Assembly (NCBI GenBank): GCA_001872545.1 | Contig: MNWN01000018.1 | Location: 1-51,617, forward strand | DNA from: Parcubacteria group bacterium CG1_02_58_44 | GTDB taxonomy: Bacteria > Patescibacteriota > Patescibacteriia > SG8-24 | DNA: 51,617 nt | Reading direction: 5' to 3' | Part shown: positions 8,493-17,227 of the stretch, in pieces | How the letters are laid out: each line of letters opens with the position of its first letter | How positions within the stretch are numbered: the first letter of the stretch is position 1 | Position numbers and translations under genes: made by a program | The notes under the pieces: model-generated | Told to the model about the DNA's origin: nothing | Database searches by the model: none | Seen by the model: only the letters and a program-made list of their open reading frames with translations

Positions 8493-10595
8493 ATGGGCTA
8501 CAACCAGGAAAAACTTAAGGGCCGACGGACGGCGACTTTCGGCGTGCTGCTGACCCTCGTGCTCACCGTCGGGCTGTTCGGTGGAGCACTGTACCTGTGG
8601 TATCTGGGACTGGACGTCGTCGGACCGACTCCCGACATCAACTATCGTCCGCCGTCGACCGGACAGGACAGGGGAGAGGTCGAGACGTTCGATTCCGAGC
8701 AGGACTTTACCGACTGGCTGACCGAGGCCGACAGCCTGGCCGTCTCCAACGGTCTGGGAATGGGAATGAATGCGGGCATAATGCGTACGGCCAGCGGCAT
8801 TCAGGCAGAGGACATGGCGGTGTCCGCTCCGATGGCTGCCGCTGACGAGAAGGTATCGCTCGATATGGGTGGCGGACCGGCACCCGACCGCATTTCCGAG
8901 ACTAACGTCCAGGTCGCTGGTATCGATGAACCAGACATCTTGAAGACCGACGGGAGAGAGATATATTTTTCGCCCGGAGTGATGCCGTATTTCTATCGCG
9001 GAGGGGCTATTCCCATGCCGATGGACGCCATGCCGGAGGTGTTTTCCGTGGAGGAGATGCCTTACGGTCGCGAGCCGGGAATCAGCGTCGTCAATGCCTT
9101 CCCTCCCGAGGACTTGGCGTTGGATTCGAAGATCGCGGGTGACGGCGATCTGCTGCTTAAGGACGGAGTGCTGGCGGTCCTGTCCTATGACGGGATCCGT
9201 GCCAATGACGTCAGCGATCCGAAGGCTTCCAAGGAAGCCTGGCAACTCTCATACGAGAACGGAAGTTGGCTGGTCGATGCACGCCTCAAGGACGACAAGC
9301 TGTTTCTGATCCTTTCCGGCGGCATCAACCGTGCCCGACCCTGTCCGTACGTTCCGCTTGCCGGAACCGAGGGTGAGGTGGAGATCGCCTGTTCCGTCAT
9401 CTGGCATCCGGTCGTGCCGACGCCGACCGACGTGACCTACACCGTGCTGAAAGTCGATATGGCCACCGGTAAGGTCGAGCGGACAGCCTCGTTCGTAGGT
9501 ACGCAGGGCTCGTCTACCGTCTACATGTCCGCGGACAGCATCTATGCGACCTATTCGCTGCCGGTCGACACCTTCACGTTCGTCTACGGGTTCCTGACCG
9601 CGAACTCCGACATCGTTCCGTCGTTCGTCCTGGAGAAGCTCAAGCAGGTCGTCAGCTATGACCTGGCCGAGGAGACGAAGTCGGTCGAGCTTCGGACAGT
9701 GCTGGGACGCTGGTTCCAGACGCTCGACCAGGACGAGGCGCTGGGTCTCATGAACGAGATCGATAACCGTATGGGCGACTACATCAAGGCCCATCGGCGG
9801 GAGCTGCAGCAGACCGGCATCGTCCGGCTCGACACCGACAAGCTGGAGGTCAAGTCGTCCGGATTCGTCCCAGGCACCCTGCTGAACCAGTTCTCGCTCG
9901 ACGAGTATGACGGCTTTCTGCGCGTGGCCACGACCTCGGGCGAGACCGGTGGCATATTTTGGCAATACGGCTTCGGCGGCGGACGCAGCGACAGCGTCAA
10001 CGACCTCTATGTCCTGGACATGAAGCTGAAGGTAGTGGGTGAGGCCCTGGGCATGGGTCCCGACGAGCGCATCTACGCCGTACGTTTCGTGGGCGAGCGG
10101 GGCTACGTCGTGACCTTCCGCCAGACCGACCCGTTCTATGTCCTGGACCTTTCGAATCCGCGTCGGCCGACGGTCGAGGGCGAGCTGAAGATCCCCGGCT
10201 ATTCCTCCTATCTGCATCCGCTCAAGGACGGGCGGATACTGGGCATCGGTCAGGAGGACAACCGAGTCAAGCTGTCGCTCTTCGACGTGACCGATCCGGC
10301 CAATCCGAGCGAACTCGACAAGTACAGCCTCAACGAGTACTGGTCCGACGTGCTCGACACACACCACGCTTTTCTCCTGGACGCCGAGCATGAGATCTTC
10401 TTCCTGCCCGGGTCAGACGGCGGCTACGTGATGTCCTATGCGGACGACAGGCTCAAGCTGTCGAAGGCAGTGAGCGGCATCCGGGCCAGACGGGCACTGT
10501 ACCTGGACAACTATCTCTATGTCGTCGGCGACGACCAGATCGTGGCGCTCGACATGACCGACTGGCAGCGGGTCAACCAGCTGAAGCTCCAGTAG
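8493..10595 (+). CDS. Membrane-anchored beta-propeller domain protein (Beta_propel type)
   Basis: SETNVQVAGIDEPDILKTDG, LNQFSLDEYDGFLRVATT, VVTFRQTDPFYVLDL and GELKIPGYSSYLHP motifs. Confidence 0.88.
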   Translation: MGYNQEKLKGRRTATFGVLLTLVLTVGLFGGALYLWYLGLDVVGPTPDINYRPPSTGQDRGEVETFDSEQDFTDWLTEADSLAVSNGLGMGMNAGIMRTASGIQAEDMAVSAPMAAADEKVSLDMGGGPAPDRISETNVQVAGIDEPDILKTDGREIYFSPGVMPYFYRGGAIPMPMDAMPEVFSVEEMPYGREPGISVVNAFPPEDLALDSKIAGDGDLLLKDGVLAVLSYDGIRANDVSDPKASKEAWQLSYENGSWLVDARLKDDKLFLILSGGINRARPCPYVPLAGTEGEVEIACSVIWHPVVPTPTDVTYTVLKVDMATGKVERTASFVGTQGSSTVYMSADSIYATYSLPVDTFTFVYGFLTANSDIVPSFVLEKLKQVVSYDLAEETKSVELRTVLGRWFQTLDQDEALGLMNEIDNRMGDYIKAHRRELQQTGIVRLDTDKLEVKSSGFVPGTLLNQFSLDEYDGFLRVATTSGETGGIFWQYGFGGGRSDSVNDLYVLDMKLKVVGEALGMGPDERIYAVRFVGERGYVVTFRQTDPFYVLDLSNPRRPTVEGELKIPGYSSYLHPLKDGRILGIGQEDNRVKLSLFDVTDPANPSELDKYSLNEYWSDVLDTHHAFLLDAEHEIFFLPGSDGGYVMSYADDRLKLSKAVSGIRARRALYLDNYLYVVGDDQIVALDMTDWQRVNQLKLQ

Positions 10596-10613
10596 TCGAT
10601 CGGATGGCAAACG

Positions 10614-10642
10614 AAAAAGGGGCGGACTGTCCGCCCCTTTTT
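10614..10642. terminator. Bidirectional terminator
   Basis: AAAAAGGGGCGGAC-T-GTCCGCCCCTTTTT between convergent genes. Confidence 0.8.
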
Positions 10643-10653
10643 GGTCGGTCGGG

Positions 10654-11331
10654 CTAGCTCTCTTTTTCGTGCCGCAGGAACAGTCCGATGGCCAGCGCAT
10701 GGGTGACGTTGAGCGATTCCAGCCGTCCGTCGTGCGGTATCTCGATTCCCTGTCCGGCAAGCGGCAGCCGGATGCCGGAACCCTCCGAGCCGGCGATCAG
10801 GGCGATCCGTCGCGGTCCGACCAGTCCGTCCGGGCCGCTGCAGCCAGGTCGCCTCTCCAGGCGGAACAGCTGACGGTCAGTGCCGGAAAGGTAGGCGATA
10901 GCTTCCTCCGGCGGAAGTCGGAGCCAGGGGACGGAGAACATCGCCCCTGCCGACGACCGGATTACTTTAGGCGACGTGACGTCAGCCGACTCGATGAGCA
11001 GTAGGGACGCACCGAAACCCAGACACAGTCTCAGGACAGCGCCGACGTTGCCGGGATCCTGCACACCGTCGAGCACCACCAGAGTGGAGGAACCGTCCAG
11101 GTCGTCCTCCGACCAGCGCGGCGTGCGGGCCACAGCGGCCATGCCTTGAGGTGTTTCGGTCGAGACCAGGCGGTCAAACTCCGGCGTATCGTCACGGGAA
11201 AAAGTGAACTCGACCGCTGATCCGGCGGTGTCTATGACTTTCGTCCCCTCGACCAGACATCGGCCGGATTCCTCACGACTCTTCCCGCGATGCAGCGAAC
11301 GGATCAGTTTTTCCTGGACTTTGGTCAGCAT
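10654..11331 (-). CDS. TrmH/SpoU family RNA 2'-O-methyltransferase
   Basis: LDGVQDPGNVGAVLR, GSEGSG and IP..GRLESLNV SPOUT motifs. Confidence 0.9.
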   Translation of the reverse strand: MLTKVQEKLIRSLHRGKSREESGRCLVEGTKVIDTAGSAVEFTFSRDDTPEFDRLVSTETPQGMAAVARTPRWSEDDLDGSSTLVVLDGVQDPGNVGAVLRLCLGFGASLLLIESADVTSPKVIRSSAGAMFSVPWLRLPPEEAIAYLSGTDRQLFRLERRPGCSGPDGLVGPRRIALIAGSEGSGIRLPLAGQGIEIPHDGRLESLNVTHALAIGLFLRHEKES

Positions 11332-11391
11332 GGCGTATGTATTTATTTGACGAGTGAAGTGTAGGCTTCGGACGCGCTTCGGGTCAATCGC

Positions 11392-11420
11392 TTGACCTTT
11401 AGACCTGCTCCTGTTATCTT
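11392..11420 (+). promoter_or_regulatory. Sigma70-type promoter
   Basis: TTGACC-N17-TATCTT with TG extension, 21 bp before ATG 11442. Confidence 0.55.
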
Positions 11421-11441
11421 GTTATTTCGTCCGTGTGACGA

Positions 11442-11720
11442 ATGGAGGAACCGTTGAGAAATTCAGTCTGGTCGATGGTCGCTTTTGCCATGTCGTCGTT
11501 GATATTTTCCGGCATGGCTCTCAAGGCTTGTCTGTTGGCGTCTGAAGCCGACAGCATGAATTTCCCTGTTGGTTCAGGGGATACCTTCTTAGGCGCTGCC
11601 GTTTTCTTCTCCTTATCGGCAGCCGTCAGCGGCTGGATGTTCAGGTATTTCTTGGCGCGGTATAGTCAGGAGGTCAGTTCTGACAGACGGTCGGAATTGA
11701 GGAGACAAAGGATTTCGTAG
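11442..11720 (+). CDS. Small hypothetical membrane protein (two TM segments)
   Basis: Two hydrophobic stretches; upstream promoter. Confidence 0.5.
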   Translation: MEEPLRNSVWSMVAFAMSSLIFSGMALKACLLASEADSMNFPVGSGDTFLGAAVFFSLSAAVSGWMFRYFLARYSQEVSSDRRSELRRQRIS

Positions 11721-11776
11721 CTCGCGGCTTCGCGGGCTTCTTTTTTTGGCCAAGATGTCCATTTTTAGGGTCTGTC

Positions 11777-11805
11777 TTGACTTCTCCTCGGAGAAGAAGT
11801 ATCTT
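11777..11805 (+). promoter_or_regulatory. Sigma70-type promoter of the zinc-ribbon gene
   Basis: TTGACT-N17-TATCTT, implying a start site near 11812 and a ~127-nt leader. Confidence 0.65.
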
Positions 11806-11811
11806 ACCTCT

Positions 11812-11899
11812 TGGTAAGACGGCCTTGGGCCAACGAAGACGTCACGTTTCGACGAACGATCTCGAAGGCGAGAAAGGGAAAGTCTACCGAAAGGTCGGT
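11812..11899 (+). promoter_or_regulatory. Candidate structured 5' leader RNA
   Basis: Closing stem 11812-11820/11882-11889 enclosing three hairpins, plus an alternative hairpin at 11886-11899; folded by eye. Confidence 0.4.
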
Positions 11900-11938
11900 T
11901 AATTAAAACGAAACGACAACAAGTCGAAACGTACACAC

Positions 11939-12124
11939 ATGGACGACTTCCAGATGGGTGGAGCCCGCGCTCCTCGTCAGATGTTCGATGTCTCCTCTCT
12001 CGGCCTCAAGTGCGCCGAGTGCGGCAACGACATCAAGGAGCTCCCGTTCGAGCCCAACCAGGATCGCCCGGTCTACTGCCGCGATTGCAACCGCAACCGC
12101 CGGCCAGCTCGACCGCGATTCTAA
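11939..12124 (+). CDS. CxxC-x17-CxxC family small zinc-ribbon protein
   Basis: PRQMF..CAECG..ELPFEP..DRPVYCRDC (18-residue spacer here). Confidence 0.85.
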   Translation: MDDFQMGGARAPRQMFDVSSLGLKCAECGNDIKELPFEPNQDRPVYCRDCNRNRRPARPRF

Positions 12125-12126
12125 GA

Positions 12127-12170
12127 CATAAACCAAAAACCCCACCTTCGGGTGGGGTTTTTGGTTTATG
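12127..12170. terminator. Bidirectional terminator with C(UUCG)G tetraloop
   Basis: Perfect 20-bp stem CATAAACCAAAAACCCCACC-TTCG-GGTGGGGTTTTTGGTTTATG. Confidence 0.9.
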
Positions 12171-12196
12171 CTGTTTACTCTTTCGAATGTGGGCGG

Positions 12197-13057
12197 CTAG
12201 CTGCTGGTGAAGTAGTTGATGACCTCATGAGCGACATTCATACCTGTCGCCGCCTCGAAGCCGGCGAAACCGGGTGTGCGGTTGACCTCCAGAATGACCT
12301 GGCGGCCGTCCTCGGTTTCGGCCAGGTCCACGCCGGCGAATTCATATCGGAGGGTCCCGGCGGCCAGTTCGCACATCTCTGACGTTTCGGTCGACAGGCT
12401 GGCCGGTTCGGCCCGTCCGCCCAAGGATAGGTTGCGGCGGAAGTCACCGGCCGGAGCCTTCTTGCTGATTGCCCCCAGAACGCGGAAGCCGAGCACCAGG
12501 ACACGATATTCCTTCTTGATTTCCAGCTTTTCCTGCAGCAGACAGGGCCATTCGGTCTCGCTCGCCAGCGACGCCTCGGCCTCACTTCGGTTGCGGGCCA
12601 GGTGAACCCGTTCGCCTCTCGAGCCGTGCACGGACTTGACGACGATCGGCCAGCTGGTCCGGTCAAGCCGATTCCGGATTTCCGTCGGCGAGCTGGTCTG
12701 AAGGCCGTACGGCACCGGCAGTCCGGCCAGCAGCAGCTTCCAGGCGGAGTAGGTCTTGCTCTGGATGTAGACGTCCGTGGCGAGCGTCCGGTCCATGACT
12801 CGTCGGCCGGACCGGTGGAACAGCTCGGCCAGGAACAGTGACTCCGAGACATGAGGAAACAGCGAACGGAACAGCAGTCCGTCGAAGGAGTCGAGCAGGT
12901 CACGTCCGGCCAACGTCGCGGCAAAGCCGGACTTCGAGAATTCGAAGGCCATTTGCTCGACCGGTGAGACGGTCGCGGCATGACCGGCCAGCCGTGCCTC
13001 GCTCGCCAGCCGTTTATGCTCGACGAAATCCGGGTGTCCCAGTATCAGCAGTCTCAT
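12197..13057 (-). CDS. RimK family ATP-grasp alpha-L-glutamate ligase
   Basis: Start trimmed to MRLLILG; PIVVKSVHGSRG, LLQE, EYRVLV, FRRNLSLGG, AGVDL and ILEVNRTPGF motifs. Confidence 0.88.
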   Translation of the reverse strand: MRLLILGHPDFVEHKRLASEARLAGHAATVSPVEQMAFEFSKSGFAATLAGRDLLDSFDGLLFRSLFPHVSESLFLAELFHRSGRRVMDRTLATDVYIQSKTYSAWKLLLAGLPVPYGLQTSSPTEIRNRLDRTSWPIVVKSVHGSRGERVHLARNRSEAEASLASETEWPCLLQEKLEIKKEYRVLVLGFRVLGAISKKAPAGDFRRNLSLGGRAEPASLSTETSEMCELAAGTLRYEFAGVDLAETEDGRQVILEVNRTPGFAGFEAATGMNVAHEVINYFTSS

Positions 13058-13179
13058 ATGGGCGCAGTATAGAGATTCATTCTGCGGCCGGCAATATGCT
13101 ACGCAAGATGTGACGGCAGCCAGGCGGCGGAAAAAAAGCGGGCCCGTTCGGGTCCGCTTCCGCGTTTTTGTCTCTAGTC

Positions 13180-14010
13180 TCAGCTTGAGCCGACTACTGC
13201 CCGACACTCCTCCCATATCTGTCTGGTTCGGCTACGCGGCAGCTGCAGCCGTCCGGATAGCCGGTCCGGATCTTCGGTAACCACCTCGCGACAGAGCAGC
13301 AGGTCGTTCTTGGCGAAGCGTTCCAGTTCCCATTGGCGCAGGCTGTCGATGACCGTGATCGGGTAGAGTGCGGTATGGTCGACCATCTCGGCCAGCGACT
13401 GGCCCATCCTCCAGCCGACCATGTTGATGCCGCGGCACTGGCCGAACTGCATGGCTCGGTCGGAGAAGGTGCCGTTGGTAACGATCCAGATTTCGTCGAA
13501 CAGCGGACAGCTGCGGTTGGTCTCGGCGCCGTCGCGCAGGTCGTTGTATCTGGCCCAGGTGGCCAGCGCATCTCGGAGCGTCACCGTATCGGCGAAGCGG
13601 TTGCGGAACTTGGCTTCGATCACCACCGAGCGTCCTCCCTTGGTCGCCACGACATCGACCTCATGTCTGACGCAAAGTCCGACGTAATCTTGTTCGGGAA
13701 CCGAGGCGGCGTATTCGTATGCGTTCAGGATCGAGGCTACGTACTTCTCGAACTTGAAGCCGGCCGGACCCAACCGCAGCAGGGCCGTTCGCAGGTTGTA
13801 GCGCTGGGCCAGATGTTGGCTTTCGCGTCGCAGTTCCTTGTGGACTATGGCGAAAAGCCGTCTGGTGGCCATACCGTCGCGGACTTTGGGTTGGACACGT
13901 CGCAGGACGCGGTCCGCCAGATCATCGCTGGCGCCGGCGCGCATGATCGTCGCGCGTATTTTTTCCGGATTGAACGTTACCCGTTCGCCGTTCGACTTTT
14001 TTATCAGCAT
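13180..14010 (-). CDS. ATP-cone domain fused to Mrr-like PD-(D/E)xK endonuclease
   Basis: N-terminal IKKSNGERVTFNPEKI (ATP cone); LGPAGFKFEKYV, HEVDVVA..IEAK and WIVTNGTFS motifs. Confidence 0.85.
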   Translation of the reverse strand: MLIKKSNGERVTFNPEKIRATIMRAGASDDLADRVLRRVQPKVRDGMATRRLFAIVHKELRRESQHLAQRYNLRTALLRLGPAGFKFEKYVASILNAYEYAASVPEQDYVGLCVRHEVDVVATKGGRSVVIEAKFRNRFADTVTLRDALATWARYNDLRDGAETNRSCPLFDEIWIVTNGTFSDRAMQFGQCRGINMVGWRMGQSLAEMVDHTALYPITVIDSLRQWELERFAKNDLLLCREVVTEDPDRLSGRLQLPRSRTRQIWEECRAVVGSS

Positions 14011-14021
14011 GGTGGTTCGGG

Positions 14022-14834
14022 CTATCTTTTTAGCCTGCCGGCCAGTGCGGTCAGAAGGAAGATGGCCGTACCGGTCAGGATGATCGTAGCTCCGGACGGC
14101 AGGTCATATAGGCAGGAGACCGCCAGTCCCAAGAGGACCATCAGTTCGGACATTACGACCGACATGACGACGTGACCGCGGAAGTTCGACGACAGCAGTC
14201 GGCTGGCGGCCGGCGGCAGGATCAGCAGGGCCGAGACCAGGATGATTCCCAGTATCTTGACCCCCAGCACCGTAGCCAGGGCCAGGGCGACGTACAGGAT
14301 GACCGTCTGCAGGCGTACCGGAATGCCGCTTACGATGGCCTGGTCTTCGGACAGCGACATGTAGGTCAGGTGGCGGAAGGACAGGAGCAGCCAGGTCAGA
14401 ATGACGGCGCCGATCGCCAGGATGTAGGTCAGGTCGATCGAACGGACGGAAAGGATGCTGCCGAACAGGAACGACACCAGCTCCGGCTGGTAGCCGCGGG
14501 TGAAGCTCATCAGCACTACGCCTAGGGCCATGCTGGCGGTGAACAGGATGCCGATCAGGGTGTCTGACGACAGCCGGGTGCTGCGTTCCAGCCACCAGAC
14601 GGCCAGGGCCACGGCCGCGGCCCAAGCCAGCGCCACCGGCAGGGGAGAGACTCCGACCAGGATGGCGATGGCGATGCCGGCCAGCGAGGCGTGGGCGATG
14701 CCGTCGCCGAAAAAGGCCATCCGCCGGACCGTGACGAAGATTCCCAGGATCGACAGCAGCAGCGCCAGCATCGCACCGGCGATCAGGGCCCGCTGCATGA
14801 AGGGAAATTGGAGCATCTCGAGCAGTAGCTGCAT
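14022..14834 (-). CDS. znuB: Zn/Mn ABC transporter permease
   Basis: RRMAFFGDGIAHASLAG, LFGSIL and DLPSGATII motifs. Confidence 0.9.
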   Translation of the reverse strand: MQLLLEMLQFPFMQRALIAGAMLALLLSILGIFVTVRRMAFFGDGIAHASLAGIAIAILVGVSPLPVALAWAAAVALAVWWLERSTRLSSDTLIGILFTASMALGVVLMSFTRGYQPELVSFLFGSILSVRSIDLTYILAIGAVILTWLLLSFRHLTYMSLSEDQAIVSGIPVRLQTVILYVALALATVLGVKILGIILVSALLILPPAASRLLSSNFRGHVVMSVVMSELMVLLGLAVSCLYDLPSGATIILTGTAIFLLTALAGRLKR

Positions 14835-14837
14835 AGT

Positions 14838-15686
14838 TCAGCGTTTCTTTTTCTTGGTGACAGGTCTTTTCTTTACGATGTCGTCGTGGTCAGCGGCGTG
14901 GCTGTGGGCCGAGTCGTGAACGTGGACGTGACCTAACGACTGGATAAGGTCGTGTTCGAAGGTCTGCGTCTGGTCTCCGAAGATACGACCGATGCCCTTG
15001 ACGGTCAGCAGCTTTTTGGGCGGTCCAAAACAGATCATCTTGTGGTTGAGGCAGACGACCGTGTCGACAAGCTTGGAGACTACGGACAGTTCGTGAGAGA
15101 CCATCAGTACGGTCGTGTCGTGTTCGCGGTTGAGGTGGCGGATGATGTCGTAGAATGCCTTCTCGCCGACGATGTCTATGCCGCTCGCCGGCTCGTCCAG
15201 CACCAACAGGTCGGGATTGTTCAATATGGCCTGGGCGATCAGTACGCGCTGCAGCTGTCCGCCGGAAAGCTGTCCGAGCTGCTTCTTCAGGGTACTGTCC
15301 GGCAGTCCGACCTCGTCGATCATCTCGTCGATCTTTTCCCTTTCGAGGTGGCGGTGGCGTGCCAGCTCCATGAACTCGGCGACGGTGATCGGGAAACGGC
15401 GGTCGAAGTCCAGATGCTGCGGCACATAGCCGATCATGGGGTGGGCGTCGGCGATCGGATGGTCGAAGATGCGGACCTGACCGGAATCCATGGGGACCAG
15501 TCCCAGGATGGCCTTGACCAGGGTGGTCTTGCCCGATCCGTTAGGTCCGATTATGGCCGCCACCGAGCCGGACGGAATCGAAAACGACACGTCGCTGACG
15601 ACCCGTTGTCCGCTGAAGGAAACCGTGCATCCGACTACGGAGATGGCTGACGGTCCGCTATTGGTTTTCGGCGATGGTCTCGGCAT
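14838..15686 (-). CDS. znuC: Zn/Mn ABC transporter ATP-binding protein
   Basis: GPNGSGKTT, IGYVPQ, LSGGQLQR and LDEP motifs; His-rich tail. Confidence 0.9.
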   Translation of the reverse strand: MPRPSPKTNSGPSAISVVGCTVSFSGQRVVSDVSFSIPSGSVAAIIGPNGSGKTTLVKAILGLVPMDSGQVRIFDHPIADAHPMIGYVPQHLDFDRRFPITVAEFMELARHRHLEREKIDEMIDEVGLPDSTLKKQLGQLSGGQLQRVLIAQAILNNPDLLVLDEPASGIDIVGEKAFYDIIRHLNREHDTTVLMVSHELSVVSKLVDTVVCLNHKMICFGPPKKLLTVKGIGRIFGDQTQTFEHDLIQSLGHVHVHDSAHSHAADHDDIVKKRPVTKKKKR

Positions 15687-16578
15687 TGGCGAGCATGGTT
15701 TTGATGTAGGAAGTGCGGTCGCCGGTTCCTCCCAGCGGGTCGAGGACGGCGATCTTCAGCTGGTGGTCGTGGATGAACGGCTGCAGCGTGTCGGTCGAGA
15801 TTTGCGGCTCGGAGAACAGCGTCTGTGAGCCGGAGCGGCTGACGGCCTGGCCCAGTGCGGCCAGATATTGCGGCGTCGGCTCCCGTCCGGGCGTCGGCAC
15901 GAACGAGCCGACGATCGTCAATCCGTATTCTTCAGCGAAATAGTACCACGCGTCATGGAGGGTGACTATTTCGCGGCTGCCGGTCAGCGTGAGCGTCTCA
16001 CGCAGCTGTACGTCGGCCCGATCCAACTCCGAACGGTAGCGGTCCAGGTTGGCCGAGAGGTGCGCCGATAGGTCGGGATACCTGGCGGTCAGGTCGGCGG
16101 CGACGTTGGCGGCGATCAGCTTGGCGTTGGGTATGGAGAGCCAGTAGTGCGGATCGACGCCGTCGGAATGCTCGTCGTCGTGACCCTCCTCCTCTTCCTC
16201 CTCGTCGAGCGCGCGGCGGAGCGGTATGTTCGTGTCCACTGTCGTCGTCGGTTTTTCGGCGCCGTCAGCCAATGTCTCGGCCCAGGCGTCGATGCCGTGT
16301 CCCAGGACGAAGACTACCGATGCCGAACTGACCTGGCGTATGACCGATGGGGTCGGCTCGAAGGTGTGCGGACTGGCACCGGGCGGCAGCAGGCAGGCGA
16401 CGGTTAGGTCATCTCCGGCCACGTTGCGGACGATGTCGCAGAGAGGGAAGATGGTGGCGGCCACCGTCCGGTTCGGGATTCCTTCGGTTGTCTTCCGTGA
16501 TGCGAGGGCGATGAGCAGCAGGGCGATCGCGGCCACGGCGACGGCCACGGCGATGATTTTCTTGGTGTTGACGTTCAT
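15658..16578 (-). CDS. znuA: Zn ABC transporter substrate-binding protein
   Basis: PGASPHTFEPTP, acidic/His loop, DPHYWL and HDAWYYF motifs. Confidence 0.9.
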   Translation of the reverse strand: MNVNTKKIIAVAVAVAAIALLLIALASRKTTEGIPNRTVAATIFPLCDIVRNVAGDDLTVACLLPPGASPHTFEPTPSVIRQVSSASVVFVLGHGIDAWAETLADGAEKPTTTVDTNIPLRRALDEEEEEEGHDDEHSDGVDPHYWLSIPNAKLIAANVAADLTARYPDLSAHLSANLDRYRSELDRADVQLRETLTLTGSREIVTLHDAWYYFAEEYGLTIVGSFVPTPGREPTPQYLAALGQAVSRSGSQTLFSEPQISTDTLQPFIHDHQLKIAVLDPLGGTGDRTSYIKTMLANAETIAENQ

Positions 16579-16967
16579 GCTTTTCGGTTTAGTCGGCGAC
16601 GCTTGGCGAGACAGGCTTCGCAGGTTTCGAAGAATTCGAGTAGATGGTCAGAACTGTCTTTCAGCGGGCAGGGGATGCAGCCGACTTGGCCGCAGTCGCG
16701 ACAGACCGTGTGTGCATGGTGGCTCCGTTCGGCCAGCTCGTAGAGCGCCTTGCCGTCGTGGCCGACAGTCGAACATAAGATGTTCCTTTCGGTCAGGGCG
16801 GTCAGGTTGCGGTAGACGGTCGACAGGTTGACGTCTCCGAGTTTGACGAACAGCCGGTCGGCGGTCCAGGCACGGTCCGGATCGAACAGTTCGAGCAGAC
16901 GCAGTCGGTCGGCGGTCTTGCGCAGGCCGGTCTGCTGGAGGGTCTTTTCGGTGGCGTCCTTGGTCAT
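16575..16967 (-). CDS. Fur-family metalloregulator, probably Zur
   Basis: GLRKT..R, NLSTVYRNL, HHAH.VCRDCG and CEAC motifs; first gene of the znu operon. Confidence 0.85.
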   Translation of the reverse strand: MTKDATEKTLQQTGLRKTADRLRLLELFDPDRAWTADRLFVKLGDVNLSTVYRNLTALTERNILCSTVGHDGKALYELAERSHHAHTVCRDCGQVGCIPCPLKDSSDHLLEFFETCEACLAKRRRLNRKA

Positions 16968-16993
16968 GGTTAGCGTTTGGGAGTTACCTTTTC

Positions 16994-17022
16994 ATTTTTG
17001 CAAATCAATTCGCATCTGTCAA
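16994..17022 (-). promoter_or_regulatory. Promoter with candidate Fur/Zur operator
   Basis: Minus-strand TTGACA (17022-17017) with weak -10 AAAAAT; imperfect palindrome TGCAAATCAATTCGCA (16999-17014) in the spacer. Confidence 0.5.
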
Positions 17023-17227
17023 TTGCGAGAACGTCTGTCTGTACTTTTCGAAGAAAAGACAGGTGTTTTGCTCGACCTTCCGGCGCCTCACCCCACAAGA
17101 TGCGGCGCTTTTTTTCTTTCAATGCCTGTATCTCTCACCTCCGAGTACAGACAGGTACTAGTAGCCGGTCGGTTCTGGGGGCTATATACTTTAGATACAT
17201 AAGGTCAAAGCCTAAATAGCCGCTGCA

